NCBI RefSeq assembly: GCF_004353825.1
Contig: NZ_SMNA01000013.1
Coordinates: 62,001-126,000 of the forward strand
Direction: 5' to 3'
From: Occultella glacieicola
GTDB taxonomy: Bacteria; Actinomycetota; Actinomycetes; Actinomycetales; Beutenbergiaceae
DNA length: 64,000 bases
Of the stretch, positions 41,442-50,986 are shown piece after piece; position 1 is the stretch's first letter, and every line of letters starts with the position of its first letter. The position numbers and the translations under genes were made by a program. The notes below the pieces were generated by a model that worked only from the letters and a program-made list of their open reading frames with translations, did not search any database and was not told the origin of the DNA.

Positions 41442-43039
41442 CAGAACGTCGAACCGAGATCCTGGTGGTCGGGGGTGGGCTCGGCGGCGTCGCCGCGGCC
41501 CTGACCGCGGCCCGCCTGGGCCGGAAGGTGATCCTCACCGAGGAGACCGACTGGCTCGGGGGACAGCTGACCGCCCAGCTCGTGCCACCGGACGAGCACG
41601 CCTGGATCGAGTCCGACCTGGTCTCCCCGACCTACGCCGAGCTGCGGCGCCGGATCCGTGACTACTACCGGCGCAACTACCCGCTGTTGCCCGCCGCCGC
41701 CGAGAACCCGACCCTGAACCCCGGGCTCGGCTGGGTCTCCCGGCTCTGCCACGAGCCCCGCGTCGCGGTCGCCGCGATCGAGGAGATGCTCGCGCCGTGG
41801 CGCGCCTCCGGCGCGATCGAGGTCCTCCTCGAGCATGTCCCGACGGCGGTGCACACGGGCGGCGACGTGATCGACGCGGTGACGCTGAGCGACCGGCGCA
41901 CGGGGGACGAGCTGACCGTCGCCGCGGACTTCGTGGTGGACGCCACCGAGCTGGGTGACCTGCTCGAGCTCGGCGGGGTCGAGCACGTCATCGGAACCGA
42001 GTCGCGGGAGGACACCGGGGAGCTGCACGCTCCGGAACGGGCGGACCCGCTCGACCAGCAGGCCGTCTCCTGGTGCTACGCCCTGGAGCACCGGGAGGGG
42101 GAGGACCACACCATCGACCGGCCCGCGAGCTACCAGCACTGGGCCACGAAGGTGGACGACTTCTGGCCCGGACCGCAGCTGTCCTGGGTGGACGTGGAGC
42201 CGGTGTATCTGGGCAGGCGGGACCGGCCGATCTTCATGTCCGAGCCGACGCCGGGGGTGCCCTTCGACCTGTGGGACTACCGCCGGATCCTCGCCGCCGA
42301 GCAGTTCGACCCGGCCGCGGGCCTGCGCGACGTCTCCGCGGTGAACTGGCCGCAGATCGACTACTGGGAGGCGCCGCTGCTCGGTGTCGACGCCGCCGCG
42401 AAGGAGCGGGCCCTCGCCCGCAGCCGGGAGCTGTCCCTCTCCTTCCTGTACTGGATGCAGACCGACGCACCCCGGGAGGACGGCGGCACCGGCTACCCCG
42501 GGTTGCGGCTGCGGCCGGACGTGGCCGGCACCGCGGACGGGCTGGCCAAGACCGCCTACATCCGCGAGTCACGCCGGATCGCGGCCGAGTTCACCGTGCT
42601 CGAGCAACACGTCGGCGTCGAGGCCCGTGGCGTGGAGGCGGGCTCCGCCGTGTTCGACGACGCCGTGGGGATCGGCCACTACCGGATCGATCTGCATCCC
42701 TCCACGGCCGGCCGCACCTACGTGGACATCGAGTGCTTCCCGTTCCAGATCCCGCTCGGGGCCCTGCTCCCGGTCCGGGTGGACAACCTGCTGCCGGCGT
42801 GCAAGAACATCGGCACCACCCACATCACGAACGGGAGCTACCGCCTGCACCCGGTCGAGTGGTCGATCGGTGAGGCGGTCGGGGCGCTGGTCGCGTTCTG
42901 CCTCGACCGCGGCGTGGTGCCCCGCAAGGTGCGCGCCGACTCCGCCAGCCGCTCCGACTACCAGGAACTGCTGCGCGGTCGGCTCGGGGTGACCACGGCC
43001 TGGCCGGACGAGGTCCGGCGCACCCGACCCGGCCACTGA
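41438..43039 (+). CDS. FAD-dependent oxidoreductase (FAD_oxidored family)
   Basis: VGGGLGG, GGQLT, DATELGD, YIRESRR, IDLH and PFQIPLGAL motifs. Confidence 0.88.
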   Translation: MTERRTEILVVGGGLGGVAAALTAARLGRKVILTEETDWLGGQLTAQLVPPDEHAWIESDLVSPTYAELRRRIRDYYRRNYPLLPAAAENPTLNPGLGWVSRLCHEPRVAVAAIEEMLAPWRASGAIEVLLEHVPTAVHTGGDVIDAVTLSDRRTGDELTVAADFVVDATELGDLLELGGVEHVIGTESREDTGELHAPERADPLDQQAVSWCYALEHREGEDHTIDRPASYQHWATKVDDFWPGPQLSWVDVEPVYLGRRDRPIFMSEPTPGVPFDLWDYRRILAAEQFDPAAGLRDVSAVNWPQIDYWEAPLLGVDAAAKERALARSRELSLSFLYWMQTDAPREDGGTGYPGLRLRPDVAGTADGLAKTAYIRESRRIAAEFTVLEQHVGVEARGVEAGSAVFDDAVGIGHYRIDLHPSTAGRTYVDIECFPFQIPLGALLPVRVDNLLPACKNIGTTHITNGSYRLHPVEWSIGEAVGALVAFCLDRGVVPRKVRADSASRSDYQELLRGRLGVTTAWPDEVRRTRPGH

Positions 43040-43150
43040 CCGCGGCCGGCGCCGTCGGGCGGGCCGGTGCGGCTCGGGGACAGTTGGTCCCCGGTCCCGC
43101 ATGCAGAGACGCCCGACGGCGCCCGCTCGCCGGGTGTGTAGTCTCCCCTT

Positions 43151-43213
43151 ATGCGTTGCGCACCCAGGTATTGGTTTAGCGTGTCGGCCCCGGCCGTCGC
43201 GCTCAGCCTCTGA
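43151..43213 (+). CDS. Putative leader peptide MRCAPRYWFSVSAPAVALSL of the DAHP synthase gene
   Basis: ATG at 43151, 6 nt after TAGTCT (-10, 43139-43144); contiguous TAT-TGG-TTT codons; followed by alternative hairpins before the aroG SD. Confidence 0.7.
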   Translation: MRCAPRYWFSVSAPAVALSL

Positions 43214-43326
43214 CGCGCGCAACCGGAGCCGACACAGGGCGTGGACCAACGGGGTCCGCGCCCTTCGCCATTGAGGCGGGCGCTCCGGGAGCTGGGGTGA
43301 TCCGCCCGGACCCGGAAGGACCAGCC

Positions 43327-44394
43327 GTGGATCTCACCCAGACCGAACGCACCAACGACCTGCGCGTGTTGCGCATGGAGCCGCTGCCGACCCCGAGCGA
43401 GGTGCTCGCCGAGCTGCCGCTGCCGGACGCCTCCGCCGAGCTCGTGGCCCGCTCGCGGGCGCACACCCAGGACATCCTGGCCGGCCGTGACCACCGGCTG
43501 CTCGTGGTGGTCGGCCCGTGCTCGGTGCACGATCCCGTGGCCGGTGTGGAGTACGCGCACCGGCTGTCCGCGCTCGCGGCCGAGCTGAGCGACGACCTGC
43601 ACGTCGTGATGCGCGTCTACTTCGAGAAGCCGCGCACCACCACCGGCTGGAAGGGCCTCATCAACGACCCCGGGCTGGACGGCAGCTACGACATCCCGCG
43701 GGGTCTGCGTCTGGCCCGGACCGTGCTGCTGGACGTGCTGGCCGAGGGCGTGAGCGCCGGGTGCGAGTTCCTCGAGACGACCTCGCCGCAGTACATCGCG
43801 GACACGGTCAGCTACGGAGCGATCGGGGCGCGAACGGTCGAGTCCCAGGTGCACCGGCAACTGGCCTCCGGGCTGTCCATGCCGATCGGGTTCAAGAACT
43901 CCTCCGACGGCGACGTCCAGGTGGCCGCGGACGCGTGCGTGGCCGCGGCCTCGCCACAGACGTTCCTCGGCGTGGATGCCCGCGGCCGGGCCGCGGTCGT
44001 CGACACCGCCGGCAACCCGGACTCCCACGTGATCCTGCGCGGCGGCCGCCGTGGCCCGAACTACGCACCGCCGGCGCTCACCGCCGCGCTGGACGTGCTC
44101 GAGCGGTCCGGCCTGGCCCGCCGCCTGGTCGTGGACGCCAGTCACGGCAACAGCGGCAAGGACCACGTCCGGCAGGCCGAGGTGGCCCGGGAGATCGCCG
44201 AACAGGTCGCCACCGGCGAGCACGGGATCGCCGGGGTGATGCTGGAGAGCTTCCTGGTGGCCGGGCGGCAGGAACCGGCGCCGACGGGACTCACCTACGG
44301 CCAGTCGGTCACGGACGCGTGCCTGTCCTGGGACACGACCGAGTCGGCGATGCGGAACCTGGCCACCGCGGCGGCGCGGCGACGCGCGAACTGA
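43327..44394 (+). CDS. aroG: 3-deoxy-7-phosphoheptulonate (DAHP) synthase, class I-alpha
   Basis: GPCSVHD, RVYFEKPRTT.GWKG, GARTVESQVHR, DASHGNS and YGQSVTDAC motifs; SD GAAGGA before GTG 43327 (isoenzyme name nominal). Confidence 0.93.
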   Translation: MDLTQTERTNDLRVLRMEPLPTPSEVLAELPLPDASAELVARSRAHTQDILAGRDHRLLVVVGPCSVHDPVAGVEYAHRLSALAAELSDDLHVVMRVYFEKPRTTTGWKGLINDPGLDGSYDIPRGLRLARTVLLDVLAEGVSAGCEFLETTSPQYIADTVSYGAIGARTVESQVHRQLASGLSMPIGFKNSSDGDVQVAADACVAAASPQTFLGVDARGRAAVVDTAGNPDSHVILRGGRRGPNYAPPALTAALDVLERSGLARRLVVDASHGNSGKDHVRQAEVAREIAEQVATGEHGIAGVMLESFLVAGRQEPAPTGLTYGQSVTDACLSWDTTESAMRNLATAAARRRAN

Positions 44395-44497
44395 CGTTGC
44401 GCCGTCGGGCGGAGCGACGAGGAGCAGCCGGCGCCCTGGCGCGGTGACCGACCGGACCGGGCTGACGCCGTCGGGCACCACCGGCGACGGCGTCGCC

Positions 44498-44983
44498 TCA
44501 CCGCTCGAAGGCGGGTCCGGCGGACGGGTCGGACCGGAAGGCGAGCGTGTCCGCGATCCGCTGGGCGGTGGTGTCCGCGAGCGGCGCCGGCAGCGCGTCG
44601 GTCGCGAACCAGCCGACCTCGAGCGACTCGTCGTCGCCGACGCGGGCCTCACCGCCCGTGTGCCGGCACCAGAACGTCAGGTCCAGGTACTGCGCCCGGT
44701 CGCCGTTCGGGTAGGTGATCACGTCGCCGGTGCGGACCGCCGTCAGCGCCTCCACCCGTGCGCTCACGCCGGTCTCCTCGGCGACCTCGCGCAGCGCGGC
44801 GCGGGCGGGCTGCTCGCCGGGGTCGAGGATGCCACTGATCACCGCCCAGGCGCCGGTGTCGCTGCGGCGCCCGAGCAGGACCCGGTCGGCGGCGTCGAAC
44901 ACCACCGCGCTCACCCCCGAGAGCCACAGGAGCTCGGTGCCGACGTGCCGGCGCAGGTCCGTCACGAACTCGGGGATCGGCAT
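44498..44983 (-). CDS. NUDIX hydrolase
   Basis: Nudix box GILDPGEQPARAALREVAEETGV. Confidence 0.9.
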   Translation of the reverse strand: MPIPEFVTDLRRHVGTELLWLSGVSAVVFDAADRVLLGRRSDTGAWAVISGILDPGEQPARAALREVAEETGVSARVEALTAVRTGDVITYPNGDRAQYLDLTFWCRHTGGEARVGDDESLEVGWFATDALPAPLADTTAQRIADTLAFRSDPSAGPAFER

Positions 44984-45083
44984 GGCATCGATCCTGCCAC
45001 GGGCGGCGGACGGCCGGTCCCGACGTCGCCGCTACGATGCCGGACGGGCCCCGGCCGGTGGCCCGAACAGATGAGGAGCATCC

Positions 45084-46376
45084 GTGCAGGGTTGGACGTT
45101 GTATCGAGACGGCAGGACGATCAGGCCGGGCGAGGTGGTCGGGCCCGGGCAGCGGCTGTCCTGGCCGCGCACGATCGGCATCGGCGCCCAGCACGTGGTC
45201 GCGATGTTCGGCGCCACGTTCCTGGTGCCGCTGATCACCGGGTTCCCACCCTCGACCACGCTGTTCTTCTCCGCGATCGGGACGTTCGGCTTCCTGCTGA
45301 TCACCGGCAACCGGCTGCCCAGCTACCTCGGGTCCAGCTTCGCGTTCATCGCTCCGATCGGTGCGGTGATGGGCACGCACGGGATGTCGACGGCGTTGGG
45401 TGGCATCCTCGTGGTGGGGGTGCTGCTGGCGCTCGTGGGCGTGGTGGTGCACGTGGCCGGCGCGCGCTGGATCGACCTCGTGATGCCACCGGTCGTGACC
45501 GGCACCATCGTGGCCCTGATCGGCTTCAACCTCGCCCCGGCGGCGTGGGGCAACGTGTCCGAAGCGCCCGTGACCGCCATCGTCACGATCGCGGCGATCG
45601 TGCTGATCACGGTGCTGTTCCGGGGGATCCTGGGGCGGCTCGCGGTCCTGCTCGGGGTGCTCGTGGGGTACGCGGTGGCCGCCTGGCGCGGCGAGGTCGA
45701 CTTCACGAAGGTGGGGGAGGCGGACTGGATCGGGCTGCCGCAGTTCACGACCCCGTCGTTCGACCTCGCGACGCTGGGGCTGTTCATCCCGGTGGTCCTG
45801 GTGCTGATCGCGGAGAACGTCGGGCACGTGAAGTCCGTGGCCGCGATGACCGGTGACAACTACGACGCGATCACCGGCCGGGCGCTGATCGCCGACGGTG
45901 TCGCGACCACCCTGGCCGGGGCCGGCGGCGGGTCCGGCACCACGACCTACGCGGAGAACATCGGCGTGATGGCCGCCACCCGCGTGTACTCGACCGCCGC
46001 CTACGCGACGGCGGCGGCCTTCGCGCTGGTGCTGAGCCTGTCCCCGAAGTTCGGCGAGGTCATCAACACGGTGCCGGCGGGCGTGCTCGGCGGCGCGGCC
46101 ACCGTGCTCTACGGGATGATCGGGGTGCTCGGCGCCCGGATCTGGGTCCAGGCCAAGGTCGACTTCTCCGACCCGGTGAACCTGACCACGGCCGGGATCG
46201 CGCTGATCGTCGGGATCGCGAACTACACCTGGGTGGCCGGCGCCCTCAAGTTCGAGGGCATCGCGCTCGGTACCGCGTCCGCGCTGATCGTCTACCACGC
46301 GATGCGCGCCATCTCCCGGTGGCGGGGGACCGCGGTGGAGCCGGTGGGTGCGGGCACGCCCGTCGACGGCGACTGA
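45084..46376 (+). CDS. Uracil-xanthine permease (NCS2 family)
   Basis: QHVVAMFGAT, YLGSSFAF and TTYAENIGVMAATRVYS motifs. Confidence 0.92.
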   Translation: MQGWTLYRDGRTIRPGEVVGPGQRLSWPRTIGIGAQHVVAMFGATFLVPLITGFPPSTTLFFSAIGTFGFLLITGNRLPSYLGSSFAFIAPIGAVMGTHGMSTALGGILVVGVLLALVGVVVHVAGARWIDLVMPPVVTGTIVALIGFNLAPAAWGNVSEAPVTAIVTIAAIVLITVLFRGILGRLAVLLGVLVGYAVAAWRGEVDFTKVGEADWIGLPQFTTPSFDLATLGLFIPVVLVLIAENVGHVKSVAAMTGDNYDAITGRALIADGVATTLAGAGGGSGTTTYAENIGVMAATRVYSTAAYATAAAFALVLSLSPKFGEVINTVPAGVLGGAATVLYGMIGVLGARIWVQAKVDFSDPVNLTTAGIALIVGIANYTWVAGALKFEGIALGTASALIVYHAMRAISRWRGTAVEPVGAGTPVDGD

Positions 46377-46397
46377 CGCCGCACCTCGGACCACATG

Positions 46398-46435
46398 CGA
46401 AACAGGCCGGCCCCGTGAGGGACCGGCCTGTTTCG
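46398..46435. terminator. Probable bidirectional terminator between the permease and tRNA-Pro
   Basis: CGAAACAGGCCGG...CCGGCCTGTTTCG inverted repeat. Confidence 0.75.
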
Positions 46436-46459
46436 TGTTGCTCTCCGAGCGACAATCTT

Positions 46460-46534
<75 letters not shown>

Positions 46535-46619
46535 GGGAGCCTCGTCAGGATAGCGGAGTCCGGGGCCCAGAGTGAAACCGGGTCGGTGTGCGGAGTCTCA
46601 CACGGGCGGGCGGGACCGC

Positions 46620-47585
46620 TCAGTCGGCCGAGGTCAACGTGAGCAGTGTCGCCTCGGGGCGGCAGGCGAACCGGACCGGTGTGAACGGGGACGTGCCCAG
46701 CCCCGCACTCACGTGCAGCCAGGTCGAGCCGGAAGCGCCGCCGTCGACGTCCGGGCGCGCGCCCGGCCAGCCGTGCAGGCCGCTGGCGCGCCCGGTGTCG
46801 AGGTCGCAGTTCGTGACCAGTGCGCCGTATCCGGGGACGCACAACTGGCCGCCGTGGGTGTGCCCCGCGAGGATCAGCCCGCAGCCGTCATCGCGCATGG
46901 CGTCGAGGACCCGGACGTAGGGGGCGTGGGACACGCCCACGTGCAGCGCGGGTTCGTTCTGACGAGGTGCGCCCCGACCGAGCGCGCTCCCATTGTCGAG
47001 GTGAGCGCCGCCGTCGCCGGTCGGGGACGGGAAGCGGTCCCGCTCCAGGTGCGGGTCGTCGACCCCGACGAACGAGAACGTGACGCCGCCGGCGCGGACC
47101 TGCGCGCGCGTGTTGGTCAGATCCGCCCACCCCGCGGACACGAACGCCTGACCGAGCGCGCGGGCCGGCAGGGACGGAGCCTTCGGGGCGTTCGGATTGC
47201 GGGGGTCGTCGCGCAGGTAGCGGGCGGGATTGCGCAGCACGGGCTCGTAGTAGTCGTTCGAGCCCATCACGAAGACGCCGGGAACCTTCAGCAGCGGCGC
47301 CAGGGCCTCCAGGACCGCCGGCATCGAGTTCTGGTGGGCCATGTTGTCGCCGGTGTTGACGACCAGGTCCGGCCGCAACCCGGCGAGGGCCCGCACCCAC
47401 TCGATCTTGCGCCGTTGGCTGGGCAGCAGGTGCAGGTCGGAGATGTGCAGGACCCGCACGTCCGGTGCCCCCGCGGGCAGCACCGGCACGGTGACCCGGC
47501 GCACCGTGTACGCCTGGGCCTCCAGCAGGGCCCACCCGAGGCCGGTGGCGGCGCCGAGCACGCCGATCCCGATGGCGCGGCGCAC
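46620..47585 (-). CDS. Metallophosphoesterase
   Basis: SDLH, TGD, GSND, SH and GHTHGGQ motifs; usual position downstream of the PBP. Confidence 0.9.
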   Translation of the reverse strand: MRRAIGIGVLGAATGLGWALLEAQAYTVRRVTVPVLPAGAPDVRVLHISDLHLLPSQRRKIEWVRALAGLRPDLVVNTGDNMAHQNSMPAVLEALAPLLKVPGVFVMGSNDYYEPVLRNPARYLRDDPRNPNAPKAPSLPARALGQAFVSAGWADLTNTRAQVRAGGVTFSFVGVDDPHLERDRFPSPTGDGGAHLDNGSALGRGAPRQNEPALHVGVSHAPYVRVLDAMRDDGCGLILAGHTHGGQLCVPGYGALVTNCDLDTGRASGLHGWPGARPDVDGGASGSTWLHVSAGLGTSPFTPVRFACRPEATLLTLTSAD

Positions 47586-47642
47586 GACCGCGCCGGTGCT
47601 GTTCAGGGTGTCCCCGACCCGACCACGGGGCGTGGGCGTCGA

Positions 47643-50087
47643 TCAGTCGTCACGACCGCCACCGCCCCCGTTGCCGGGACCGCCGCCGCCGTTGCCGCCG
47701 CCGTTCCCGTTGCCGTTGCCGTTGTCAGCGTCGGGGCTCGCCGGGGGTTCGGCCGCGGGGCCGCCGCTGATCACGATCGTGACGGCGCTGCCCGGTGTCA
47801 GCCGGCTGCCCGGGCCCGGGGAGGTGCCGATCACGGACCCGGCCGGCACGCTGTCATGGTTCTCCGTGGACCCGGTCCGGACCGTGAAGCCGGCCCCCTC
47901 GATGGTGGAGGTGGCGTCCGCCACCGAACGCCCGCTCACGTCGGGCACCGCACGGCGTTCACCGTAGATCTCGCGATCGCCCGCTGCCGCGAAGGTCTCC
48001 ACCGGCAGCCCCTCGACCGCCTGGCTCATGTAGTCCTGCCAGATCGGCGCGGCCATCGCGCCACCGTAGACCCACCGGTGGTAGCGGCCGTTGATCGTGA
48101 TCCGCTGCATGGGCTCGGTGCCCTCGGAGAAACCGACCCACACGGCCGAGGCGAGCTGCGGCACGTACCCCACGAACCAGGCCGCGGTGTCGTCGTTCGC
48201 GGTCCCGGTCTTGCCCGCGGACGGGCGGTCCAGCCGGCTCGGCCGGCCGGTGCCGTCCGCGACGACCTGACCGAGCGCGTAGTTCATCGCGTTCGCGATG
48301 TGCGGCTCGAGGGCCTGCGAACAGGTCTGCGGCGGCACCGGGAGGTCCTCACCGTTCGAGTTCTGGATCGACAGGATCGCGATCGGCTCGCAGTAGACGC
48401 CGCCGGCGGCATAGGTCGCGAACGCGGCGGCCATCGTCAGCGGGGCCAGCTCATTCGTGCCGAGTGCCATGGACGGGATCACCGAGAGCTCGTAACCGTT
48501 GTCGAACGTGGAGCCGGGTGCGAGCGTTGCGTGGTGCACGCCCATCGCCTGTGCGGTGTTCGCGAGATCGCAGAGGTTCATCTGGTTCGCCAGGTTCACG
48601 AACGCGGTGTTCACCGACTGCTCGGTGGCGGCGAGCACGCTCATCCGACCGGTCCCGATGCCCTCGAGGTTCTTCGGTTCGTAGGGGTCGCTGGAGATGT
48701 ACTCGGGCAGACATGTGTCCCAGGATCTCCGCGGGAAACTCTGCCCCTGGGAGCCGTCGACCGAGTCGTTGAGGGAGTGTCCGTCGATCAGCCACTGGGT
48801 CAGCACGAACGCCTTGAACGTCGAGCCGGTCTGGAAGCCGCTGGAACCCCCGTATCGGGAATCGGCGTTGAAGTTCACCTCGGTGGTTCTCGCCGCGCCC
48901 TCGGTGGGCTTGCCGTACAGGGTGTTCTGCGCCATCGCCATGATGTGCCCGGTGCCGGGCTCGACGGTCGAGGTGGCGGTCGAGACGCCGGACGGGTCGT
49001 CGACCGGGATCGCGTCGACCAGTGCCGCGTAGGCCTCGGCCTGCATCTCGAGGTCGATCGTGGTGTTGATGGTCAGGCCACCGCGCACGAGGAGCTGGTA
49101 CCGCTCGGCCTGGGTCTCCCCGAAGATCGGGTTGTTCAGGATCTCGGACTTGACGTAGTCACAGAAGTACGCGGCCGTGCCCGCGGCCGAGCAGCCCACC
49201 GGGGTGGTCGAGACGTTCAGCATGTCCTCGATCGGCTGCGCGGCGGCGACGTCGTGCTCCTCCTGCGTGATGACGCCCTGGGAGAGCATCAGTGCGAGCA
49301 CCGTGTTCCGGCCGGAGAGGGCGTTCTCCGGGTTCGTCACCGGGTTCCACTTGGCCGGGCTCTGCGTGATCCGGGCGAGCATCGCGGACTGCCCGAGGCT
49401 GAGCTCGGCGGCACTGATCGAGAAGAAGTACTGGGAGGCGGCCTCGACCCCGTACTGGGACGGGCCGAACTGCGCGATGTTGAGGTAGCCCTCGAGGATC
49501 TCGTCCTTGGTGCGGACCTGCTCCAGCGCGATCGCCAGCTTCGCCTCGCGGAGCTTGCGGCCGAGCGTGGTCTCGGTCGCGGCCTCGATGGCCTCCGGGT
49601 CGTTCGCGTTCCGCCCGGCCTCGATGAGGACGTTCTTCACGTACTGCTGGGTCAGCGTCGAGCCACCCTGGTTGCTCTGCCCGGTGATGTTCTGGAAGGC
49701 GGCCCGCATGAGGCCCTCGGGGTCCACCCCACCGTGGTCGTAGAAGCGCCGGTCCTCCACCGCGACCACGGCCGCAGCCACGTACGGCGAGATCTCGGAC
49801 AGCGGCACGACGATCCGGTTCTCCAGGAAGAACGTGGCCAGCCGGGTGCCGTCGGAGGAGTTCATGACCGTCTGCTCGGACAGGTCCTCCGAACCCAGTT
49901 CCGTGGGCAACTCGTCGAAGAGCCGCGTCGATGCCTCCGTGGTCGCCCCGACGGCGGTCACGAAGGGCATCATGAAGCCCGCCGAAAGTACGCCACCGAC
50001 GCCCGCGACCAGGAGGAACGCGAGGAACAGGGAGACGAGTTGCGCCGCGTTGACGGCGCGCGAAGTCGACCGGGAGGGAGGAGCCAT
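47643..50087 (-). CDS. Class A penicillin-binding protein (transglycosylase-transpeptidase-PASTA; PonA2-like)
   Basis: EDRRF, GGSTLTQQYVKN, RKLRE; STFK, SVN, KTG; C-terminal PASTA; divergent from whiB4. Confidence 0.93.
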   Translation of the reverse strand: MAPPSRSTSRAVNAAQLVSLFLAFLLVAGVGGVLSAGFMMPFVTAVGATTEASTRLFDELPTELGSEDLSEQTVMNSSDGTRLATFFLENRIVVPLSEISPYVAAAVVAVEDRRFYDHGGVDPEGLMRAAFQNITGQSNQGGSTLTQQYVKNVLIEAGRNANDPEAIEAATETTLGRKLREAKLAIALEQVRTKDEILEGYLNIAQFGPSQYGVEAASQYFFSISAAELSLGQSAMLARITQSPAKWNPVTNPENALSGRNTVLALMLSQGVITQEEHDVAAAQPIEDMLNVSTTPVGCSAAGTAAYFCDYVKSEILNNPIFGETQAERYQLLVRGGLTINTTIDLEMQAEAYAALVDAIPVDDPSGVSTATSTVEPGTGHIMAMAQNTLYGKPTEGAARTTEVNFNADSRYGGSSGFQTGSTFKAFVLTQWLIDGHSLNDSVDGSQGQSFPRRSWDTCLPEYISSDPYEPKNLEGIGTGRMSVLAATEQSVNTAFVNLANQMNLCDLANTAQAMGVHHATLAPGSTFDNGYELSVIPSMALGTNELAPLTMAAAFATYAAGGVYCEPIAILSIQNSNGEDLPVPPQTCSQALEPHIANAMNYALGQVVADGTGRPSRLDRPSAGKTGTANDDTAAWFVGYVPQLASAVWVGFSEGTEPMQRITINGRYHRWVYGGAMAAPIWQDYMSQAVEGLPVETFAAAGDREIYGERRAVPDVSGRSVADATSTIEGAGFTVRTGSTENHDSVPAGSVIGTSPGPGSRLTPGSAVTIVISGGPAAEPPASPDADNGNGNGNGGGNGGGGPGNGGGGGRDD

Positions 50088-50465
50088 ACCCCATAGGATA
50101 CGTTGTCGTCCGGTTGCACCCACGCTCCGGCGCCGGCGGCGTGCGTCCGGCCGCGAGACCTCGTTCGTGCGGGACGGTCCGGTGAGCGCGCGGCGAACGC
50201 CCGACGAACCGGACACCAGCCGCCGGTCGTTGCCCGGGCCGAGCCCGATCGCCTCTGACGGCGCCGGTTTCACGGGCCGGGACGGATCCGGACAGCCCGC
50301 GGAGGAGGGGCCGCCGGGAGCCAGATTCCGGCGCCGCTGTCTTTTGTCGGCGCGGAGGTGTATAACTCCGCTCATAGGAGGAGCGCTCGAGCCGATGTAT
50401 TTCCTGAGGCCGAGTCAACTCCTCTGGATTGACTGGGGCAGGGCAATCTCGTCGTGGAGGTCAAG

Positions 50466-50813
50466 GTGGACGTACGATTCGATGAAAGTTGGACGTTGCA
50501 GGCGGCGTGTGCGCAGAAGGCACCCGACGACCTCTTCGTCCAGGGCGCGGCGCAGCGGCAGGCTCGGGAGGTCTGCTTCTCGTGCACGGTGCGCCTGGAG
50601 TGTCTGGTGGACGCCCTCGACAACCGGATCCAGTTCGGGGTCTGGGGTGGCATGACCGAGCGGGAGCGTCGCGCACTGCTGCGCCGGGCGCCCACGGTCG
50701 AGTCGTGGCGGATGGCGCTGGCGGACACGGACCGCAATGCCATCAACGAGCTGATCAGCCAGAAGTGGCCGGCGACGAAGCCGCGCCGAGGGGCTGACCC
50801 GCGCAACAACTGA
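50466..50813 (+). CDS. whiB4: WhiB family regulator (WhiB4/WblA type)
   Basis: Four cysteines, LFVQGAAQ and FGVWGGMTERERRALLRR motifs; GGAGG SD before GTG 50466. Confidence 0.88.
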   Translation: MDVRFDESWTLQAACAQKAPDDLFVQGAAQRQAREVCFSCTVRLECLVDALDNRIQFGVWGGMTERERRALLRRAPTVESWRMALADTDRNAINELISQKWPATKPRRGADPRNN

Positions 50814-50830
50814 AGCCATAGGATCACTGC

Positions 50831-50986
50831 ATGGCTACTTGGGAGTACGCGACGATTCCGCTGATCATCCACTCGACGAAGGCGATCCTGGACCAGTGGG
50901 GCGCCGACGGGTGGGAGCTCGTGCAGGTGGTGCCCGGGCCCGACGGTCAGGGTCTGGTCGCCTACCTCAAGCGGGAGAAGGCGTGA
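50831..50986 (+). CDS. DUF4177 small protein, 51 aa (not in the ORF track)
   Basis: MATWEYATIPLIIHSTKAILDQWGADGWELVQVV...VAYLKREKA; TAGGAT -10 six nt before the ATG; stop overlaps the ridA GTG. Confidence 0.85.
   Translation: MATWEYATIPLIIHSTKAILDQWGADGWELVQVVPGPDGQGLVAYLKREKA

Noticed and set aside
44984..45083. Riboswitch or PyrR attenuator upstream of the NCS2 permease
   Set aside because: The 100-nt divergent spacer has no recognisable purine riboswitch or PyrR-binding motif
47650..47725. Gly/Asn microrepeats at the PBP C-terminus
   Set aside because: Ordinary low-complexity tail of actinobacterial class A PBPs
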